DNA of 64,000 bases from Candidatus Latescibacterota bacterium (GCA_964291625.2 OZ220090.1:736001-800000); one strand, 5' to 3'; shown: positions 1-12,282, numbered from the stretch's first letter. Notes: generated from the sequence alone by a model not told the origin. Numbers and translations are program-made.

Positions 1-25
1 TGCACTCATAGTCGTACGTCGGCAT
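1..25 (-). CDS. FmdB-family zinc-ribbon protein, N-terminal fragment running off the window start
   Basis: Minus strand ATG at 25 reads MPTYDYEC, matching the MPxYxYxC N-terminus of FmdB zinc-ribbon proteins; GGAAAG lies just upstream. Confidence 0.7.
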
Positions 26-114
26 GTGACATCTTTCCGATCCTGCGCGGCCCGAAGAATCTGCCAAAAGTACGCAGATGTGTTGGAACGGGCAACGCCG
101 GACGGGCCCTGCCC

Positions 115-2220
115 TCAGTCCCGGGGCCGCGCCCCGGCCGGCGGAGCGTCGTCCCTGTCGAGGGTCAGGGAGGGCAGGTCGCCGCGGGCCAGGGACCGCA
201 GGCGCCCCCGGTCATCGATCCTCAGGAGGGTCAGCTCCGAATTGACGCGGCGCGAGGGCGTGAAGCTCACCCGCCCGGAGGCGCCCTCGTAGTTGCGCAC
301 GGCGGCGAGGTACCTCCGCAGTCCGGAGCGGCTGCGGTGGCCGGCTTCCCAGCCCTCCATCACAAGACGAGCGGCGTCGTATCCGGCGCTGGCGTAGCCC
401 GGATCCCGTCCGGTGCGGGCTCGAAAGCCGTTGACGAAGCCGCGCTCCTGCTCCGATCCCTGGCGCCGGGAGACGATGATGCAGCCTTGCAGGTGCTGGC
501 GCTCACCGGACCGGAGGTCCGCGATCTCCTCCGGATCGTACCACGTAGCGTTGCCCATGAGCTGCGTCCGGATGCGGTGAAAGCGAAGCTGGGGGGCGAT
601 GGTGCGGGCGTCCTCGAAGTCCTCGATGATGACCGCCACGCCGTCGATCGACTCGACGAAGATCTCGGTCGAATCCGGGGGCTGCTTCCCGGGCTCCGCG
701 CCCCGCTCGAGGAGGTCCCGGAAGGTCGACTTCCCTTGGCGCGTCGTGTCCAGAAGAGCCGCCTGGAGCGAGTCGAGAAGCTCGGCGCCGGGCATCTCCG
801 GCGGCTCGATGGAGAAGCCGATCCTGCGCAGCTCCTGGAACTGCGCCTGAAAGTCCTTCTGCTCTCCGGGATAGTACCACTCGCTGTGGACGATCCGCCC
901 GCCGTTGGCCACGGCGGCGGCGGTGTAGGCCCTCTCGAAGGCGTGGCCGTAGTCGTTCAGCGGCGACAGGATGGCCAGGGTCCGCAGGCCCAGCACGAGG
1001 GTTGCGTACTCGCCGAGAGCCTGCCCCTGCACCTCGGGAATCGGGCTCAGCTGGAAGATGTGCCCCCCCAGGGTGTCCAGCCCGCTCTGCTGCGCGAGGG
1101 GGGCGATGAGCGGCACCCCGGCCGCTTCGGCCACGACGGCGGCGGCGGCGCAGGATGTGGAGTTGACGGGACCGACGATCGCCTGGACCCTCGCCTCCCG
1201 CACCAGGTAGCGGGCCCCGGAGGCGACGCGAAGGAGCCGGTCGCCATCGCTCTGGTGGATGGGGACTTTCTCCTCCTCGAAGTCCTCGTACTCGGTGCCG
1301 ACGTCGACGACCACCAGATCGAAGGGCTGTCCGAGCTGATGGTTGGCAAACTCCACACCGGCGAGCAGATCGGCGCCGTACGCCCCCTCGCGGCCGGAGA
1401 GGGGTGCGAGCACGCCGAGCCGCGGCACCCCCGGGCGGCGGGCAGGGCCCGCGGCCTCCGTATCGCGGACGGGCTCACGGGCAGGCGCGGGAGGCCGCCC
1501 TTCCGCGAGCCGGGACTGGGCGAGACGGTGGAACATCCCCGCTTCACCGACGCTGTCGATGTACGCCGACAGCCGCTGGCGGGCGAGTTCGACCCAGCCG
1601 AGCCGCGCGTACCAACGCGCCTCTCCGTAGAGCAGGAGATCGCGCAGGCGCCGGGGGCCCAGCTGGCGGCGGACCCGGTCCTGGGCATCCTCGTCGAGGG
1701 AACGGTTCATCACCAGCCCCGCCAGGCGCTCGGCGGCGCTCGCCTTCACCGCCGCAGGGGTGGACCCTTCGAGGAGCCGGACGTACTGCGAGAGGGCCTC
1801 ATCGATTCGTCCCAGCCTGTAGTACCCATCGCCGGCGATCAGCCGGGCATCCGGGCCGTAGCGCCCCCCGGAGGCCACGCGGAGCAGCCGGCGCGCCGCC
1901 TCCACGGCCCCCGCGGGGTCGTCCAGAAGCAGGCGGCTGCGGCCAAGCATCAGCAGGGCCGCCCTCGTGCGCTGATTGGAGGGCCGCTCGGTGACGGCGA
2001 GAAAGAGCTCGCCCGCCTCCCGCCACCGGGCTTCCTCATACGCGGCGAGAGCCTGCGAGAACAGGCGTTCCGCCGCTCGCGAGTGGCGTCCGTCCTCCGG
2101 CGCCGCGAAGACCTGGCCGCCGCCGAGCACGGCCACGGCCCAGAGGGCACACACGAGCCGGAGGGTGCCTTGTCCCGGTTGAGGGGCCCGGTTACATTCG
2201 GCTGGTCCCTTCACCACCAT
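115..2220 (-). CDS. Exported TPR + type-1 periplasmic-binding-fold protein (LpoA-like / ABC substrate-binding family)
   Basis: AAGGAG RBS before ATG 2220; hydrophobic signal; TPR-like helices; C-terminal GVLAPLSG...AIVGP...GYDAA...GASG typical of the LppC/Peripla_BP_6 fold. Confidence 0.7.
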   Translation of the reverse strand: MVVKGPAECNRAPQPGQGTLRLVCALWAVAVLGGGQVFAAPEDGRHSRAAERLFSQALAAYEEARWREAGELFLAVTERPSNQRTRAALLMLGRSRLLLDDPAGAVEAARRLLRVASGGRYGPDARLIAGDGYYRLGRIDEALSQYVRLLEGSTPAAVKASAAERLAGLVMNRSLDEDAQDRVRRQLGPRRLRDLLLYGEARWYARLGWVELARQRLSAYIDSVGEAGMFHRLAQSRLAEGRPPAPAREPVRDTEAAGPARRPGVPRLGVLAPLSGREGAYGADLLAGVEFANHQLGQPFDLVVVDVGTEYEDFEEEKVPIHQSDGDRLLRVASGARYLVREARVQAIVGPVNSTSCAAAAVVAEAAGVPLIAPLAQQSGLDTLGGHIFQLSPIPEVQGQALGEYATLVLGLRTLAILSPLNDYGHAFERAYTAAAVANGGRIVHSEWYYPGEQKDFQAQFQELRRIGFSIEPPEMPGAELLDSLQAALLDTTRQGKSTFRDLLERGAEPGKQPPDSTEIFVESIDGVAVIIEDFEDARTIAPQLRFHRIRTQLMGNATWYDPEEIADLRSGERQHLQGCIIVSRRQGSEQERGFVNGFRARTGRDPGYASAGYDAARLVMEGWEAGHRSRSGLRRYLAAVRNYEGASGRVSFTPSRRVNSELTLLRIDDRGRLRSLARGDLPSLTLDRDDAPPAGARPRD

Positions 2221-2240
2221 CGATCTCCTTCGCCCCCAAC

Positions 2241-3761
2241 ATGATGAGTCGCTCCGAGAGACCCGGGTTCGACCCGGAGCAGCTGCGCAGGATCCTCGCC
2301 GAAGGGAACCGGGGCGAGGAGCCCACGGAATCGGCGGGGTCCGAGACCGCGGGCCCCGGAGAGGGCGCCGAGTCCGGAGCACCCGAAGGCGTTCAACTGG
2401 AGTTCCACCTGAAGCCCGGGGAGCTGATCGCCCACCTCGACAGCTACGTCGTCGGCCAGCCCCGGGCCAAGGCCATCCTCGCCACCAAGATCTGCACCCA
2501 CTTCAACCGCTTGAGCCTTCCCCCCGACGAGACCGAGGACGTCGTCGGCCAGATCAAGAACAACGTCCTCATGGTGGGTCCCACGGGAGTTGGCAAGACC
2601 TACCTCATCCGCCTCATCGCCCGGCGCCTCGGCGTCCCCTTCGTCAAGGCGGACGCCACCAAGTTCAGCGAGACGGGATACGTGGGCGGCGACGTGGAAG
2701 ACCTGGTCCGCGAGCTGGTGACCGAAGCCGACGGCGACATCGACCTCGCCCAGCACGGCATCATCTACATCGACGAGATCGACAAGATCGCCGCCAGCGG
2801 CCGCACCAGCGGCCCGGATGTCTCGCGCACCGGCGTCCAGCGCAACCTCCTCAAGCTGATGGAGGAGACCGAGGTCGACCTGCGCTCTCCTCACGATCTA
2901 CCTTCGCAGATGGAGTCGGTGATGCAGATGCAACGCACCGGCAAGGTGGAACGCAAGAAGGTGAACACCCGGCACATCCTGTTCGTCGTCAGCGGCGCCT
3001 TCGCCGGTCTCGAGGAGATCATCCGCCGGCGCCTCAACCGCGGGGCCATGGGCTTCCGTCCGCCGGAAGCGGACGGAGCCGGCGCGGTGGTGGACGACTC
3101 GGCCATCCTCCAGCAGATCCGCGCCGAGGACCTGCTGGAGTACGGCTTCGAGTCGGAGTTCATCGGCCGCCTTCCGGTGGTCGCCGTCCTCGAGGAACTC
3201 TCCCGCGCCGATCTCCTCGAGATCCTGCGCAGCCCCATGAGCAGCGTCGTCATCTCCAAGGTAAGGGACTTCCTCGCCTACGGCATCGACCTGAGGATCT
3301 GCGACGAAGCGCTCCAGCTCCTGGCCGACCGCGCCTTCGAGGAACGGACCGGCGCCCGGGGCCTGGTGAGCGCCATGGAGAAGGTCCTGCTGGACTTCGA
3401 GTGCCGGCTCCCGTCCCTCGATCTCGACGCCTTCCACCTCACCCCCGAGGTCGTCGAGGACCCGGCCCGGGTCCTCGATCGCCTGGTGGCGGAGAGCTCG
3501 ATCGAGGCCTTCACCGCCGGCTTCGAGAGGGACCACGGCATCCGCTTCGAGTTCACCGGCCCGGCCTTGGCGAGCCTGGGCGAGCGGGCGGCCTCCGAGG
3601 ACCGGCTTCCGGGGGAGATCTGCGCCGACCTGTTCTCCGACTACGGACACGGTCTCAAGCTCCTGGAGCTCGACCGGTTCGAGATCACCCCCGAGGTCCT
3701 GGCCGACCCGCAGAAGTCCCTCGACCGCATGATCCGCCAACTATACGGCGGCCGGGACTAG
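2241..3761 (+). CDS. ClpX-like AAA+ ATPase without a zinc-finger domain and with an extended C-terminus
   Basis: Walker A GPTGVGKT, pore loop GYVG, Walker [23 protein letters not shown]; IGF-like AMGF loop. Confidence 0.85.
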   Translation: MMSRSERPGFDPEQLRRILAEGNRGEEPTESAGSETAGPGEGAESGAPEGVQLEFHLKPGELIAHLDSYVVGQPRAKAILATKICTHFNRLSLPPDETEDVVGQIKNNVLMVGPTGVGKTYLIRLIARRLGVPFVKADATKFSETGYVGGDVEDLVRELVTEADGDIDLAQHGIIYIDEIDKIAASGRTSGPDVSRTGVQRNLLKLMEETEVDLRSPHDLPSQMESVMQMQRTGKVERKKVNTRHILFVVSGAFAGLEEIIRRRLNRGAMGFRPPEADGAGAVVDDSAILQQIRAEDLLEYGFESEFIGRLPVVAVLEELSRADLLEILRSPMSSVVISKVRDFLAYGIDLRICDEALQLLADRAFEERTGARGLVSAMEKVLLDFECRLPSLDLDAFHLTPEVVEDPARVLDRLVAESSIEAFTAGFERDHGIRFEFTGPALASLGERAASEDRLPGEICADLFSDYGHGLKLLELDRFEITPEVLADPQKSLDRMIRQLYGGRD

Positions 3762-3764
3762 TCC

Positions 3765-5147
3765 TCACAGCCGGAGGCCGTACTCCTTCTCCTTCCGATA
3801 GAGGGTGCTCAGTCCGATCTGGAGCACCTTCGCCGCCTTGCGGCGGTCGTGGCCGACGGCCTTCAGGGTCTGCTCGATGGCGAGCCTCTCGACCTGCTTC
3901 ATCGTCATGCCGGGGTGCAGACCTCCCCGGTCGCTTCCCGCCGGGACGCCGCGTATGTGGGCCGGCACGTCGGAAGTGTTCAGCTCGCGGCCGGGAGCCG
4001 ACATGACCACCATCCCCTCCACGCAGTTCTTCAGCTCGCGGACGTTGCCCGGCCAGTCGTAGTCCATCAGGGCGTCCATGGCGGCCGGGTCGAGGACGTG
4101 GGTCTCGCGTCCGTTCTCCCGGGAGAACTGGCGCAGGAACTCGTTCACCAGGATGGGGATGTCCTCGCGGCAGTCGCCGAGTCTGGGGATGTGGATGGTG
4201 ACCACGTTGAGCCGGTAATAGAGGTCCGCGCGGTAGCTCCCCTCCTCGACCATGGTTTCGAGGTTCCGGTTGGTGGCGGCGATGAGGCGAACGTCGGCCC
4301 GCAGGGTGGATGTCCCCCCGACGCGCTCGAACTCGCCGCTCTGAATGACGCGCAGGAGCTTGACCTGCGTCGCCGGGGACAGATCCCCCACCTCGTCGAG
4401 GAACAGGGTCCCCATGTCGGCCAGCTCGAAGCGGCCCTTGCGCGAGGTACTGGCGCCGGTGAAGGCGCCGCGCTCGTGTCCGAAGAGCTCGCTTTCGACG
4501 ATGCTCTCGGGGAGGGCGCCGCAGTTCGTCTCCACGAAGGGGCGGTCGCGGCGGGGGCTCTGCTGGTGGACCGCCTTGGCCACCTCTCCCTTGCCCGTGC
4601 CGGTCTCGCCCGTGAGCAGGACCGTGGCGCGGGACCTGGCGACCTGCTCGATCTGGGCGTAGATCCGCTGCCAGAGGGAGGACCGGCGGGCGATGCCGCC
4701 GTAGCGGTAACGCTCGTCCAGGCGCCGCTGGAGGTCGGAGACCTCTCCCACCAGCCGCTGATAGGACAAGCCGCGATCGAGAACGGCCCTCACCTTGCTC
4801 AGGTTCAGGGGGCGGACCTGGAAGTCGTAGGCCCCCTCGCGCATCGCCTCGGTGCCGAGCTCGATCTCGTCGGAACCCGTGGAGACGATGGCGCAGATCT
4901 CCGGGTTGCGCTCCCGGGCCAGGCGCACCAGCCGCAAGCCGTCGATGCGGCTGTCGGCGAGGGGACAGACGAGGGCGTCCACCGGCTCCGAGTCGAGGAT
5001 GTCGTAGGCGGCGGCTCCCTCGCGGGCGGCCAGGACCTCGAAACCCTCGCGGCGAAGGTAGGAGATCAACTGGTGCGTGGCCTCCTCTTCCGGAGCCACC
5101 ACGAGGATCCGGGGAAGCGCCTTCTCCCGCGGGCCGGAGTCGTTCAC
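3765..5147 (-). CDS. Sigma-54-dependent NtrC-family transcriptional activator (receiver-like, AAA+, Fis HTH)
   Basis: GETGTGKG, ESELFGHERGAFTGA, LFLDEVG, WPGNVREL, C-terminal HTH; GTG start at 5147 after GGGAG. Confidence 0.92.
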   Translation of the reverse strand: MNDSGPREKALPRILVVAPEEEATHQLISYLRREGFEVLAAREGAAAYDILDSEPVDALVCPLADSRIDGLRLVRLARERNPEICAIVSTGSDEIELGTEAMREGAYDFQVRPLNLSKVRAVLDRGLSYQRLVGEVSDLQRRLDERYRYGGIARRSSLWQRIYAQIEQVARSRATVLLTGETGTGKGEVAKAVHQQSPRRDRPFVETNCGALPESIVESELFGHERGAFTGASTSRKGRFELADMGTLFLDEVGDLSPATQVKLLRVIQSGEFERVGGTSTLRADVRLIAATNRNLETMVEEGSYRADLYYRLNVVTIHIPRLGDCREDIPILVNEFLRQFSRENGRETHVLDPAAMDALMDYDWPGNVRELKNCVEGMVVMSAPGRELNTSDVPAHIRGVPAGSDRGGLHPGMTMKQVERLAIEQTLKAVGHDRRKAAKVLQIGLSTLYRKEKEYGLRL

Positions 5148-5169
5148 GCTCGAGGCTCCCTTCCGTGGA

Positions 5170-6555
5170 TCAACCGGGATCCTGGCCGCTCCATCGGGGG
5201 GAACGGGCGAGGCGGACCACCACCTCGCAGTGGGGGGTGTGGGGGAACAGGTCCACCGGCCGCGCCCGCTCCAGGTCGTAGCCGGCATCGCACAGGGACG
5301 ACAGGTCCTCGGCCAGGCTCTCCGCATTGCAGGAGACATACAGTATCGCCGGCGGGCCGAGAGCGACGATCCCCTCGATCACCTTCCGGTGCAGCCCGGC
5401 CCTGGGCGGGTCCGCGATGACCGCCTCGAAGCGCTCCGCCCTCTCCTGGCAGAGGTCCGCCAGGGCCTCCTCCGCCGGGGCCGCCACGAAGGCGCAGTTG
5501 TCGATGCCGTTGCGCTCCGCGTTCCGGCGGGCGTCGGCCACCGCCTCGCGCTCCTGCTCGACGCCGACGACGGCGCGCGCCCGGGAGGCCACGTGAAGGC
5601 TGATGCCGCCGGTACCGGCATAGAGGTCCAGGACCTCCCCGTCGAAGCCGCGGCCCAGGAACTCCCCCACGATCTCGTACAGCTGCCCGGCCCCGCGGGT
5701 GTTGGTCTGGAAGAAGGACTGCGGGGAGATCTCGAACTCGAGGTCGCCGCAACGCTCGCTGATGCGGCCGCCGCCCTTGATGAGGAAGCTCTCCTCGCCG
5801 GCGGCGACCTGGGCCTTGCCGCTGTGCCGGGTGACGAGGCAGGTGGTGATACCCTCCCCCACCTGGTCCAGCACCCCCTCCAGCAGCAGGTCCACACCCT
5901 CGTGAGGATACTCGCGGACGACGAGGTTGACCATGGTCTGGCCGGTCTCCTTCCCCTCCCGGACGACCAGGAAACGGAGCAGGCCCTCGTGGCTCTTCAG
6001 GTCGTAGACCGGCAGGGCGAGGCGGGTCGCGTGGGTGCGGAAGGCGTCGACGATCCCGTTGGAAGCCTCCGACTGGAGGTGGCAGGACTCCAGGTCGAAG
6101 ATCCGGTTGAAGCGCTCGCGCACGTGCAGCCCGAGCCACGGCTGCCCCTGGCCGCTCCCGAAGGAGAACTCCATCTTGTTGCGGTAGTAGAACCGATCCG
6201 GGCTCGGGGCGATGGCCTGCCAGCGGCCGACCTCGAGCTCGCGGCTCTCGAAGGACTGCCGGACCATCCGCTCCTTGAGCCGCAGCTGGTCCTCGTACGC
6301 GAGGTCCTGCCACCGGCAGCCCCCGCACTGCCCGAAATGGGTGCACAACGGGTCGACGCGCGGCACTCCCTCCTCAAAGAGGTCATCGACGACGCCCTCG
6401 AAGCGCCCCTTGCGCTTGCGCCTGAGGTAGACCTCGGCCCGGTCCCCCGGAACGCTGCGCGGTACGAGGATCTCCCGGCCGTCCTGAACCGCCAGGCCGT
6501 CGCCCTTCGCGCTGAGGCCCTCGATCTCGACGATGACGCGTTCCCCCCGTTTCAT
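5170..6555 (-). CDS. rlmD: 23S rRNA m5U1939 methyltransferase RlmD
   Basis: TRAM domain, CTHFGQCGGC Fe-S motif, SFFQTN, DLYAGTG, DPPRAG, YVSCN, DLFPHTPHCE. Confidence 0.92.
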   Translation of the reverse strand: MKRGERVIVEIEGLSAKGDGLAVQDGREILVPRSVPGDRAEVYLRRKRKGRFEGVVDDLFEEGVPRVDPLCTHFGQCGGCRWQDLAYEDQLRLKERMVRQSFESRELEVGRWQAIAPSPDRFYYRNKMEFSFGSGQGQPWLGLHVRERFNRIFDLESCHLQSEASNGIVDAFRTHATRLALPVYDLKSHEGLLRFLVVREGKETGQTMVNLVVREYPHEGVDLLLEGVLDQVGEGITTCLVTRHSGKAQVAAGEESFLIKGGGRISERCGDLEFEISPQSFFQTNTRGAGQLYEIVGEFLGRGFDGEVLDLYAGTGGISLHVASRARAVVGVEQEREAVADARRNAERNGIDNCAFVAAPAEEALADLCQERAERFEAVIADPPRAGLHRKVIEGIVALGPPAILYVSCNAESLAEDLSSLCDAGYDLERARPVDLFPHTPHCEVVVRLARSPRWSGQDPG

Positions 6556-6589
6556 CCCTCCTCCACCGGAACCCGGGGGCGGGGTGAGA

Positions 6590-6627
6590 ACACAAGCAGG
6601 CGAGGTGGAAGGACCTCCCACCTCGCC
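6590..6627 (-). terminator. Putative intrinsic terminator after rplQ
   Basis: Perfect 10-bp stem GGCGAGGTGG/CCACCTCGCC (6599-6627) followed on the minus strand by TGCTTGTGTT. Confidence 0.6.
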
Positions 6628-6664
6628 CGGAGACGTTCGCTGCTGTCCGAGGCCGCCCCTCGTG

Positions 6665-7075
6665 TCACTCTTCCTTCTCTGCGGGCTCCTCGGTCACCAC
6701 CGCGGGGCTATCGGCGCCAGGACGGTCGAGAAGCTCGACGATGCACATCTCGGCGCCATCCCCACGGCGGGTGCCGGTCTTGACCAGGCGTGTGTACCCC
6801 CCGTGCCGCTCGGCGTAGCGAGGGGCGATCTTTTCGAAGAGCCTGGCCACGATCGACTTGTCCGGTATGTGACGCAGCACCTGGCGACGGGCGTGGAGAT
6901 CGCCGCGCTTGGCAAAGGTGATCATGTGCTCCGCGGTGCGCCGCAGAACCCTGCCGCGGGCATCGGTGGTGCGAACCTGTTCGTGGGTGAAGAGGCTGCT
7001 CACCATGTTGGCGATCATCGCCTTCCGGTGGCTCGCCTGGCGCCCGAGCTTGGCTGTTCGTCGGCGGTGTCGCAT
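6665..7075 (-). CDS. rplQ: 50S ribosomal protein L17
   Basis: MRHRRRTAKLGR...GGYTRLVK...RRGDGA. Confidence 0.98.
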   Translation of the reverse strand: MRHRRRTAKLGRQASHRKAMIANMVSSLFTHEQVRTTDARGRVLRRTAEHMITFAKRGDLHARRQVLRHIPDKSIVARLFEKIAPRYAERHGGYTRLVKTGTRRGDGAEMCIVELLDRPGADSPAVVTEEPAEKEE

Positions 7076-7079
7076 CTCG

Positions 7080-8093
7080 TCAGTACTCCTCGGCCAGAGA
7101 GGCCGGCTCCTCCTCGATCTCGATATGCTCGTACTTGCTCACATCCAGTCCCCACGAGAGGTCCATGGAGTCGAGGATCTCGCCCAGCTCATTCAGGGAC
7201 TTGCGGCCGAAGTTCCGGTACTTGAGCATCTCGGCCTCGCTCTTGGAGACGAGCTCTCCGAGGGTGGAGATACCCGCCGCGCGCAGGCAGTTGGCCGATC
7301 GCACGGACAGTTCCAGTTCGTCCACCTGGGTGGCCAGCAGCCTTGCGATGCGCCTGGTCTCGTCGTCCACCTCCTTCTCGTGCCCGGCGCCGGTGGGCTC
7401 CTCCTCGAAGTTGGCGATCAGGCTGAGATGCTCGATCAGGATGCGGGCCGCCTGGGCCACGGCGTCGTCGGGGCCCAGGGAGCCGTCCGTCCAGACCTCC
7501 AGCATGAGGCGGTCGTAGTCGGTGCGCCGGCCGACGCGGGCGTTCTCGATGTCGTAGTTGACCTTCAGCACCGGCGAGTAGTTGGTGTCCAGAGGGATCG
7601 TGCCGATGGGCTGTTCGGGGGTCCGGTTCTCCTCGGCGAAGACGTAGCCCCGGCCCTTGCCGATGGTGATCTCCAAGTTGAGGGTGACACCCTTGCCGAG
7701 AGTGGCGATGTGGAGATCGGGATTCATGATCTCCACGCTGGAATCGATGGCAAGGTCCTTGGCGGTGAGTTCGCCGCCCTTGGCTTCCACACGCAGGGTG
7801 CGGTCTTCCTCGCCGTGATACCGGATGGCCACCTCCTTGAGGTTCAGCACGATCTCCGGAACGTCCTCGCGGACCCCCGTGACGACCGAGAACTCGTGCT
7901 GCACGCCGTCGATGCTGACGGACTTGATCGCTGCGCCCTGGATCTGGGAAACCAGAACCCGACGCAGTCCGTGTCCGACGGTGACCCCGAATCCGCGCTC
8001 CAGCGGCTGGAAGGTGAACTTCCCGTAGGTGCTGGTGAGGCTTTCCCGATCGATCTCGAGAAGCCTCGGCATCTGGATGCCTTCGAGAGCCAT
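7080..8093 (-). CDS. rpoA: RNA polymerase subunit alpha
   Basis: PLERGFGVT, HEFS, LELSVRSANCL, NFGRKSL. Confidence 0.98.
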   Translation of the reverse strand: MALEGIQMPRLLEIDRESLTSTYGKFTFQPLERGFGVTVGHGLRRVLVSQIQGAAIKSVSIDGVQHEFSVVTGVREDVPEIVLNLKEVAIRYHGEEDRTLRVEAKGGELTAKDLAIDSSVEIMNPDLHIATLGKGVTLNLEITIGKGRGYVFAEENRTPEQPIGTIPLDTNYSPVLKVNYDIENARVGRRTDYDRLMLEVWTDGSLGPDDAVAQAARILIEHLSLIANFEEEPTGAGHEKEVDDETRRIARLLATQVDELELSVRSANCLRAAGISTLGELVSKSEAEMLKYRNFGRKSLNELGEILDSMDLSWGLDVSKYEHIEIEEEPASLAEEY

Positions 8094-8127
8094 GTGCTTC
8101 GCTATCCCCTGTGAAAGTCCTCGTTGC

Positions 8128-8754
8128 CTACACGCGGCTGTAGAACTCGATGACGAGTTGCTCTTCCGCCGGCGTCGGTATGTCCTCCCGGTTGCAGCGC
8201 TCCACCACGGTACCCGTGAGGTTGGCCTTGTCCACCGACAGCCACGGCACGAGTTCGCGGGAGCGGCGGAGGGACTCGTGGATGATCTCCAGCTTCCTGC
8301 TGCCCTCGACTACGGCCACCACGTCGCCCGGGGAGGTCAGGTACGACGGGATATTGACCCGGCGGCCGTTGACGGTGAAGTGATTGTGGCGCACCAGTTG
8401 TCTGGCCGCCTTGCGCGACGGCGCCAGGCCCAGGCGGTAGACGATGCTGTCGAGACGGCTCTCGAGCAGGCGCAGGAGGTTGTCGCCGCTCACTCCGGGG
8501 ACCCGCGTCGACTCGCGGTAGTACTTGCGGAACTGCCCCTCCCGCACCCCGTAGATCCGCGCCAGCTTCTGCTTGGCCCGCAGCTGAACGCTGTACTCGG
8601 ACTGCTTGCGCCGCATACCCTGGCCGTGCTGCCCGGGGCCGTAGCTGCGGCGCTCGAAGGCGCACTTCTCGAGGGTGCACCTCTCGCCCTTGAGGAACAG
8701 CTTGGCTCCCTCCCGTCGGCAGAGCCTGCAGTTGGGTCCGGTGTACCTGCTCAT
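8128..8754 (-). CDS. rpsD: 30S ribosomal protein S4 (Cys-containing type)
   Basis: MSRYTGPNCRLCRREG, PGQHG, LESRLD, IEFYSR. Confidence 0.98.
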   Translation of the reverse strand: MSRYTGPNCRLCRREGAKLFLKGERCTLEKCAFERRSYGPGQHGQGMRRKQSEYSVQLRAKQKLARIYGVREGQFRKYYRESTRVPGVSGDNLLRLLESRLDSIVYRLGLAPSRKAARQLVRHNHFTVNGRRVNIPSYLTSPGDVVAVVEGSRKLEIIHESLRRSRELVPWLSVDKANLTGTVVERCNREDIPTPAEEQLVIEFYSRV

Positions 8755-8775
8755 TCTCGTCGACCTCCGTCGGCC

Positions 8776-9168
8776 TCAGACACGGCGCCGCTTCGGGGGG
8801 CGGCAGCCGTTGTGGGGGATCGGTGTCTTGTCGCGGATGGCGGCGATCTCAAGCCCCGCGTTCTGCAGGGAGCGGATCGCCGAATCACGGCCCACGCCCG
8901 GACCCTTGACCCAGACCTCGACGCGGCGCAGTCCCATATTGACCGCTTCCTGGGCGGCTCGCTCGGCGGCGAGCTGCCCGGCGAAGGGCGTCGATTTGCG
9001 GCTGCCGCCGATGCCGACCTTGCCCGGCGTGGCCCAGGAGATCACGTTGCCCTCCACATCGGTGAGGGTGACGATGGTGTTGTTGAAGGTGGACAGGATG
9101 TGGGCGATGCCCAGAGCCTCCACCTTCCTCGACTTCTTGCGGCGGCGACGGCCTCTTTCGGGTGGCAA
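8776..9168 (-). CDS. rpsK: 30S ribosomal protein S11
   Basis: [33 protein letters not shown]; TTG start. Confidence 0.97.
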   Translation of the reverse strand: MPPERGRRRRKKSRKVEALGIAHILSTFNNTIVTLTDVEGNVISWATPGKVGIGGSRKSTPFAGQLAAERAAQEAVNMGLRRVEVWVKGPGVGRDSAIRSLQNAGLEIAAIRDKTPIPHNGCRPPKRRRV

Positions 9169-9211
9169 TTCGAGTCAATCCTCTGTTGAAGTCAGAATGT
9201 CGAAATCCGGC

Positions 9212-9589
9212 CTACTGGGGAGCCTTCTTCTTGCCGGCAATGGCGCGCCTCGGCCCCTTCCGCGTGCGAGCGTTGGTCTGGGTCCGCTGGCCCCTGACCG
9301 GCAGGCCCCGGCGGTGGCGGAGACCCCGGTAGCAGCCCAGGTCCATGAGCCGCTTGATGTTCATGTTGACCTCGCCCCGCAGGGACCCCTCGACGCGGTA
9401 CTTGCCCTCTATGATGTTCCGCAACTGCGTGACCTGCTGCTCCGAGAGGGAGCCCACCCGGGTGTCGGGCGTGACCTGAGACTCCGACAGGATCGCCTCC
9501 GCCGAGGAGCGGCCGATTCCGTAGATGTAGGTCAGCCCCACGTCGATGCGCTTGTCCCGCGGGAGGTCGACCCCTGCGATTCGTGCCAT
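9212..9589 (-). CDS. rpsM: 30S ribosomal protein S13
   Basis: [27 protein letters not shown]. Confidence 0.98.
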   Translation of the reverse strand: MARIAGVDLPRDKRIDVGLTYIYGIGRSSAEAILSESQVTPDTRVGSLSEQQVTQLRNIIEGKYRVEGSLRGEVNMNIKRLMDLGCYRGLRHRRGLPVRGQRTQTNARTRKGPRRAIAGKKKAPQ

Positions 9590-9631
9590 TCGTGGTTCTC
9601 TCCTTGTCCGCGGGACTCGAGCCCCGCGCTC

Positions 9632-9748
9632 CTATCCCTGGCGCTGCTTGTGCCGGGGGTTGCGCTTGCAGATGACGCGCACCACGCCGTGACGGCGGAT
9701 GATCTTGCAGTCGGCGCAGCGCCTCGACACGGATGCTCGGACCTTCAT
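9632..9748 (-). CDS. rpmJ: 50S ribosomal protein L36
   Basis: [38 protein letters not shown] after a GGGAG RBS. Confidence 0.97.
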   Translation of the reverse strand: MKVRASVSRRCADCKIIRRHGVVRVICKRNPRHKQRQG

Positions 9749-9774
9749 GGCAACTCCCTGGGTTGCGCGAGCCG

Positions 9775-11109
<1,335 letters not shown>

Positions 11110-11116
11110 GCCGGAC

Positions 11117-11581
11117 TCAGCCCGCCTCTCCGGCCAGGACCTCGAAGGAACCGCCGGCCGATTCGATCTTTTCCCGAGCCGCGCGGGAGGCGGCGTGGGC
11201 CTGGAGGGCGAGCTGACTCGTCAACTCGCCGTCGCCGAGGATTTTCACTCGATCCCTTGCCTTGCCGATCAGCCCCGCCCGCGCCAGCTCTGCCGGTCCG
11301 ACCTCCCCGGAGAGGCCCGCCGCCTGGATGGCGCCGACGTTGACGATCTGGTACTCGACTCGGAATCTCCGGTTCGAGAAGCCGCTCTTCGGCAGACGGC
11401 GGTGCAGGGGCATCTGCCCGCCCTCGAAGCCGGTGCGGCGGCCTCGGCGGGCACCGGACCGGGCGCGCTGGCCTTTGTGCCCGCGTCCGGCGGTCTTGCC
11501 CTTGCCGGAACCAGGGCCGTGCCCCTTGCGGGTGCCCGCCCGGCGCGAGCCGGGGGTGGGACGGAGTTCTCCGAGTCGCAT
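11117..11581 (-). CDS. rplO: 50S ribosomal protein L15
   Basis: [24 protein letters not shown]. Confidence 0.97.
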   Translation of the reverse strand: MRLGELRPTPGSRRAGTRKGHGPGSGKGKTAGRGHKGQRARSGARRGRRTGFEGGQMPLHRRLPKSGFSNRRFRVEYQIVNVGAIQAAGLSGEVGPAELARAGLIGKARDRVKILGDGELTSQLALQAHAASRAAREKIESAGGSFEVLAGEAG

Positions 11582-11593
11582 GGTCGCCGCTCC

Positions 11594-11779
11594 CTATGGT
11601 CCTTCCTGTTCCACCACCTCGACGAGGTGCACTACCTTCGCGATCATGCCGCGGACCTGAGGAGTGTCCTCGTGGACGACGACCTGATGCAGCCGCCGGA
11701 TGCCGAGGGCCCGGATCGTGAGCTGCTGCTTGCGGGAACGGCCGATGGCGCTCCGCCGCTGTGTGATGGCGAGCTTCAC
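11594..11779 (-). CDS. rpmD: 50S ribosomal protein L30
   Basis: ITQRRSAIG...ALGIRR...[11 protein letters not shown]; position in spc operon. Confidence 0.95.
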   Translation of the reverse strand: MKLAITQRRSAIGRSRKQQLTIRALGIRRLHQVVVHEDTPQVRGMIAKVVHLVEVVEQEGP

Positions 11780-12282
11780 CTCAGGCTCTCCACGGGCACC
11801 CCGCGAAAGCGGGCAACCTCCTCGACATTGCGCAGGTGGCGCAAGCCGTCGAGGGTGGCCTTGATGGTATTGTGCGAGTTGTCCGATCCCAGGGACTTGG
11901 TGAGGATGTCGTTGATCCCCGCCAGGTCGAGGACGATGCGGACGCCGCCGCTGGCGATGACCCCGGTGCCCGGAGAGGCCGGCTTCAGCAGGACCCGTGC
12001 GGCCCCGAATCGACCGATGATCTCATGGGGGATCGTGCCCGAGGCCACGGGGATCTCGAGGATCTCCTTCTTCGCCTCCTCCGTGGCCTTGCGGATCGCC
12101 TCGGCCACCTCTCCCGCCTTGCCCGAACCCACGCCCACATGGCCGGCGCGGTCCCCGGCCACGACCATGGCGGTGAAGGAGAAGTTCCTGCCTCCCTTCC
12201 GAACATGGGATACACGCCGTACGCTGTTCTGAACGACGACTTCGGTCAGCTCGAGATTGCTCGCGTCTATTCGGGATGCCAT
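11776..12282 (-). CDS. rpsE: 30S ribosomal protein S5
   Basis: [25 protein letters not shown]. Confidence 0.97.
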   Translation of the reverse strand: MASRIDASNLELTEVVVQNSVRRVSHVRKGGRNFSFTAMVVAGDRAGHVGVGSGKAGEVAEAIRKATEEAKKEILEIPVASGTIPHEIIGRFGAARVLLKPASPGTGVIASGGVRIVLDLAGINDILTKSLGSDNSHNTIKATLDGLRHLRNVEEVARFRGVPVESLR

